DNA of 63,549 nt, counting the filler, from Babesia bigemina (Eukaryota), in assembly GCF_000981445.1 (NCBI RefSeq). It is 6 parts of 6 records of this genome, joined end to end, with 100 filler letters (N's around TTAATTAATTAA, not from the genome) between each part and the next. Parts side by side here need not be neighbours in the genome. Positions count along the whole stretch, not along the records: positions 57,310 to 60,587 come from NW_012237323.1; positions 60,688 to 63,549 come from NW_012237327.1; 4 more parts are not named here. One strand, given 5' to 3'. Position numbers and translations under genes: made by a program. This document shows, in pieces, positions 57,834-63,549 of the stretch. The notes below the pieces were generated by a model. The model was given only the letters and a program-made list of their open reading frames with translations. It was not told where the DNA came from and searched no databases. How positions within the stretch are numbered: position 1 is the first letter of the stretch; the number at the start of each line of letters is the position of its first letter.

Positions 57834-60587
57834 TAACCCACTCTACATCGCTCCCTAACCCACTCTACATCGCTCCCTAACCCACTCCACATCGCCCCTA
57901 ATCCACTCTACATCGCTCCCTAACCCACTCTACATCGCTCCCTAACCCACTCTACATCGCCCCTTAACCCACTCCACATCGCCCCTTTACCCACTCTACA
58001 TCGCTCCCTAACCCACTCTACATCGCCCCTTTATCCACTCTACATCGCTCCCTAACCCACTCTACATCGCTCCTTTATCCACTCTACATCGCTCCCTAAC
58101 CCACTCTACATCGCCCCTTAACCCACTCCACATCGCTCCTCTATCCACTCTACATCTCTCCCTAACCCACTCTACATCGCTCCCTAACCCACTCTACATC
58201 GCCCCTTCATCCACTCTACATCGCCCCTTATCCACCTTACATCGCCCCTTTATCCACTCTACATCGCTCCTAACCCACTCTACATCGCTCCCTTAACCCA
58301 CTCTACATCGCCCCTTAACCCACTCTACATCGCCCCTTTACCCACTCTACATCGCCCCTTTATCCACTCTACATCGCCCCTTTATCCACTCTACATCGCC
58401 CCTTTATCCACTCTACATCGCCCCTTTATCCACTCTACATCGCCCCTTTATCCACTCTACATCGCTCCCTAACCCACTCCACATCGCCCCTTAACCACTC
58501 TACATCGCTCCCTAATCCACTCTACATCGCTCCCTTATCCACTCTACATCGCCCCTTTATCCACTCTACATCGCCCCTTAACCCACTCTACATCGCCCCT
58601 TAACCCACTCTACATCGCCCCTTTACCCACTCTACATCGCTCCCTAACCCACTCTACATCGCCCCTTTACCCACTCTACATCGCTCCTTAATCCACTCTA
58701 CATCGCCCCTTATCCACTCTACATCGCTCCTTAACCCACTCCACATCGCTCCTTTATCCACTCTACATCGCCCCTTAACCCACTCTACATCGCTCCTTAA
58801 CCCACTCTACATCGCTCCTTAACCCACTCTACATCGCTCCTTAACCCACTCTACATCGCCCCTTTACCCACTCTACATCGCTCCCTTATCCACTCTACAT
58901 CGCCCCTTAACCCACTCTACATCGCTCCCTAATCCACTCTACATCGCTCCTTTATCCACTCTACATCGCTCCCTAACCCACTCTACATCGCCCCTTAACC
59001 CACTCTACATCGCTCCCTTATCCACTCTACATCGCCCCTCTATCCACTCTACATCGCCCCTTAACCCACTCCACATCGCTCCCTAATCCACTCTACATCC
59101 CTCCCTTATCCACTATACATCGCCCCTTAACTCACTCTACATCGCCCCTTTATCCACTCTACATCGCTCCCTTATCCACTATACATCGCCCCTTAACTCA
59201 CTCTACATCGCCCCTTTATCCACTCCACATCGCTCCTTTATCCACTCTACATCGCCCCTTTATCCACTCCACATCGCTCCTTTATCCACTCCACATCGCT
59301 CCCTAACCCACTCTACATCGCTCCCTAATCTCCTCTACATCGCCCCTTAACCCACTCTACATCGCTCCCTAATCCACTCCACATCGCTCCTTTACCCACT
59401 CTTCATCGCTCCCTAACCCACTCTACATCGCCCCTTAACCCACTCCACATCGCCCCTTTATCCACTCTACATCGCCCCTTAACGCACTCTACATCGCTCC
59501 CTAACCCACTCTACATCGCTCTCTAACCCACTCTACATCGCCCCTTAACCCACTCTACATCGCCCCTTAACCCACTCTACATCGCTCCCTAACCCACCTT
59601 ACATCGCTCTTTAACCCACTCTACATCGCTCCTTTACCCACTCTACATCGCTCCTTATCCACTCTACATCGCCCCTTAACCCACTCTACATCGCTCCTTA
59701 ACCCACTCTACATCTCTCCCTAACCCACTCTACATCGCTCCCTTACCCACTCTACATCGCTCCCTTACCCACTCTACATCGCCCCTTTACCCACTCTACA
59801 TCGCCCCTTTACCCACTCTACATCGCCCCTTTATCCACTCTACATGGCCCCTTTATCCACTCTACATCGCCCCTTTACCCACTCTACGTCGCTCCCTAAC
59901 CCACTCTACATCGCCCCTTTATCCACTCTACATCGCCCCTTTATCCACTCCACATCGCTCCTTTATCCACTCCACATCGCTCCCTAACCCACTCTACATC
60001 GCTCCCTAACCCACTCTACATCGCTCCTTGTTCACTCTACATCGCTCCTTTACCCACTCTACATCGCTCCCTTATCCACTCTACATCGCCCCTTAATCCA
60101 CTCTACATCGCTCCTTAACCCACTCTACATCGCTCCTTTATCCACTCTACACCGCCCCTTTATCCACTCTACATCGCCCCTTTACCCACTCTACATCGCT
60201 CCCTAATCCACTCTACATCGCTCCCTAATCCACTCTACATCGCTCCTTAACCCACTCTACATCGCCCCTTAATCCACTCTACATCGCTCCCTAATCCACT
60301 ATACATCGCTCCCTAACCCACTCTACATCGCCCCTTTATCCACTCTACATCGCCCCTTTACCCACTCTACATCGCTCCCTAACCCACTCTACATCGCTCC
60401 TTAACCCACTCTACATCGCTCCTTAACCCACTCCACATCGCCCCTTTATCCACTCTACATCGCTCCCTAACCCACTCTACATCGCCCCTTTAACCCACTC
60501 TACATCGCTCCCTAACCCACTTCACATCGCTCCCTTACCACTCTACATCGCTCCTCTATCCACCTTACATCGCTCCTCTATCCACCT
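57834..60587 (+). repeat. 22-bp satellite, C-rich on + strand, ~125 units
   Basis: Longest array in the window. Confidence 0.95.
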
Positions 60588-60687
60588 NNNNNNNNNNNNN
60601 NNNNNNNNNNNNNNNNNNNNNNNNNNNNNNNTTAATTAATTAANNNNNNNNNNNNNNNNNNNNNNNNNNNNNNNNNNNNNNNNNNNN
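60588..60687. other. Scaffold gap with artificial linker
   Basis: N44-TTAATTAATTAA-N44. Confidence 0.97.
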
Positions 60688-62516
60688 GGAGCGATGTAAG
60701 GTGGGTTAAGGAGCGATGTAGAGTGGATAAAGGGGCGATGTGGAGTGGTTTAGGGAGCGATGTAGAGTGGATAAAGGAGCGATGTAGAGTGGATTAGGGA
60801 GCGATGTAGAGTGGGTTAGGGAGCGATGTGGAGTGGATAAAGGGGCGATGTAGAGTGGGTTAAGGGGCGATGTAGAGTGGATAAAGAAGCGATGTAGAGT
60901 GGACAAAGGGGCGATGTGGAGTGGGTAAAGGGGCGATGTAGAGTGGGTTAGGGAGCGATGTGGAGTGGACAAAGGGGCGATGTGGAGTGGTCTAGGGAGC
61001 GATATAGAGCGGATAAGGGGCGATGTGGAGTGGGTTAGGGAGCGATGTGGAGTGGATAAAGGGGCGATGTAAGGTGGATAAAGGGGCGATGTAGAGTGGG
61101 TTAGGGAGCGATGTGGAGTGGGTTAAGGGCGATGTAGAGTGGGTAAAGGAGCGATGTGGAGTGGGTAAAGGGCGATGTAGAGTGGGTAAAGGAGCGATGT
61201 AGAGTGGGTATAGGGGCGATGTAGAGTGGGTAAAGGAGCGATGTAGAGTGGACAAAGGAGCGATGTAGAGTGGATAAGGGGCGATGTAGAGTGGATTAAG
61301 GAGCGATGTAGAGTGGGTAGAGGGGCGATGTAGAGTGGGTAAGGGAGCGATGTAGAGTGGATAAAGGAGCGATGTAGAGTGGATAAAGGAGCGATGTGGA
61401 GTGGATAGAAGAGCGATTAGAGGAGGTTAAGGGGCGATGTGGAGTGGATAAAGGGCGATGAAGCGTGGATAAAGGGCGATGTAGAGTGGATAAGGAGCGA
61501 TGTGGAGTGGATAAAGGAGCGATGTAGAGTGGATAAGGAGCGATGTGGAGTGGATAAAGGAGCGATGTAGAGTGGATAAAGGGGCGATGGAGAGTGGGTT
61601 AAGGGGCGATGTAGAGTGGATTAAGGGGCGATGTAAGGTGGAGTAAGGAGCGATGAAGAGTGGGTTAGGGAGCGATGTGGAGTGGGTAAAGGGGCGATGT
61701 GGAGTGGATAAAAAGGCGATGTGGAGTGGATTAGGGAGCGATGTAGAGTGGGTAAGGGAGCGATGTAGAGTGGGTTAAGGGGCGATGTAGAGTGGATTAA
61801 GGGCGATGTAGAGTGGATAAGGGGCGATGTAAGGTGGAGTAAGGAGCGATGAAGAGTGGGTTAGGGAGCGATGTGGAGTGGGTAAAGGGGCGATGTGGAG
61901 TGGATAAAAAGGCGATGTGGAGTGGATTAGGGAGCGATGTAGAGTGGGTAAGGGAGCGATGTAGAGTGGGTTAAGGGGCGATGTAGAGTGGATTAAGGGC
62001 GATGTAGAGTGGATAAGGGGCGATGGAGAGTGGGTTAGGGAGCGGTGTAGAGTGGATAAAGGGGCGATGTAGAGTGGGTTAAGGGGCGGTGTAGAGTGGG
62101 TTAGGGAGCGATGTAGAGTGGATGAAGGAGCGATGTAGAGTGGACAAAGCAGCGATGAAAAGTGGGTAAAGGGGCGATGTAGAGTGGGTTAGGGAGCGAT
62201 GTAGAGTGGATAAAGGGGCGATGTAGAGTGGGTTAAGGGGCGATGTAGAGTGGATTAAGGGCGATGTAGAGTGGATAAGGGGCGATGTAAGGTGGAGTAA
62301 GGAGCGATGAAGAGTGGGTTAGGGAGCGATGTGGAGTGGGTAAAGGAGCGATGTAGAGTGGGTTAGGGGCGATGTAGAGTGGATTAAGGAGCGATGTGGA
62401 GTGGGTTAAGGAGCGATGTGGAGTGGGTAAAGGGGCGATGTAGAGTGGATAAAGGGGCGATGTAGAGTGGGTTAAGGGGCGATGTAGAGTGGATAAAGGA
62501 GCGATGTAAGGTGGAT
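60688..62516 (+). repeat. 22-bp satellite, G-rich on + strand, ~83 units
   Basis: Same unit; ends at the linker ATTATAAATACCACTT. Confidence 0.95.
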
Positions 62517-62534
62517 TATAAATACCACTTAAGT

Positions 62535-63549
62535 CACCATGTCATCGCTGCCGTAACCATCAATGTCATCGCTGCCGTGACCATGTCATCGCTGCTGTGA
62601 CCATGTCATCGCTGCCGTGACCATGTCATCGCTGCTGTGACCATGTCATCGCTGCCGTGACCATGTCATCGCTGCTGTGACCATGTCATCGCTGCTGTGA
62701 CCATGTCATCGCTGCCGTGACCATGTCATCGCTGCCGTGACCATGTCATCGCTGCCGTAACCATGTCATCGCTGCCGTAACCATCAATGTCATCGCTGCC
62801 GTAACCATGTCATCGCTGCCGTGTCCATGTCACCGCTGCTGTAACCATGTCATCGCTGCCGTGACCTTGTCATCGCTGCCGTAACCATGTCATCGCTGCC
62901 GTGACTATGCCATCGCTGCCGTGACCATGTCATCGCTGCCGTGACCATGTCATCGCTGCCGTGACCATGTCATCGCTGCCGTGTCCATGTCATCGCTGCC
63001 GTGACCATGTCATCGCTGCCGTGTCCATGTCATCGCTGCTGTAACCATGTCATCGCTGCTGTGACCATGTCATCGCTGCCGTGTCCATGTCATCGCTGCC
63101 GTGTCCATGTCATCGCTGCCGTAACCAAGACATCGCTGCCGTGACCATGTCATCGCTGCCGTGACCATGTCATCGCTGCTGTGACCGTGTCATCGCTGCC
63201 GTGACCAAGACATCGCTGCCGTGACCATGTCATCGCTGCCGTGACCCTGTCATTGCTGCCGTGTCCATGTCATCGCTGCCGTGTCCATGTCATCGCTGCC
63301 GTCACCATGTCATCGCTGCCGTAACCAGTCACCGCTGCCGTGTCCATGTCATCGCTGCCGTGTCCATGTCACCACTGCTGTAACGATTAACTTGGTCAGG
63401 TGCTTGGTCACCACTTTGGTCAACACATTGGTCACCATGTCACCACTGCCGTCACCATGTCATCGCTGCCGTGACCATGTCATCGCTGCCGTAACCATGA
63501 CATCGCTGCCGTGACCATGTCATCGCTGCCGTGACCATGTCATCGCTGC
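62535..63549 (+). repeat. 21-bp tandem repeat (~45 units) with a short 12-bp insert at ~63390-63435
   Basis: CCATGTCATCGCTGCCGTGA-type units to the window end. Confidence 0.95.

Noticed and set aside
57834..62516. True telomere, or a giant palindrome centred at 60588-60687
   Set aside because: The unit is a 22-mer, not a pure 6-7-bp telomeric repeat, and the strand flip falls exactly on a scaffold gap, so orientation is unverified.

Overview
Eukaryotic (apicomplexan) DNA, not prokaryotic. The genes point to Babesia sensu stricto, probably the B. ovata/B. bigemina group (inferred from the ves C-terminal motifs). It is a scaffold with five 100-bp artificial gap linkers (N44-TTAATTAATTAA-N44). 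Bases 1-7952 are core chromosome: spliced RPB7, a BCP/PrxQ-type peroxiredoxin, three paralogous small Cys-rich membrane-protein genes, and the 3' end of a centrin gene cut by a gap. Bases 8053-63549 are a variant-antigen island with eight ves1a-like (VESA1-like) sequences: six large, one C-terminal half and one 5' fragment. None shows a recognisable intact 5' exon, and the genes are sequence mosaics of each other. They sit in two stereotyped cassette types. Type 1 runs ves tail, conserved 3' flank, 12-bp repeat, 21-bp repeat, then a 22-bp telomere-like G-rich satellite abutting the next ves. Type 2 runs ves tail, 24-bp repeat, conserved ~500-bp element, then an array of ~74-bp units that each look like a micro-exon plus GT-AG micro-intron, followed by a small Cys-rich single-TM gene. 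The 21-bp repeat is an inverted composite of its two neighbouring repeats.
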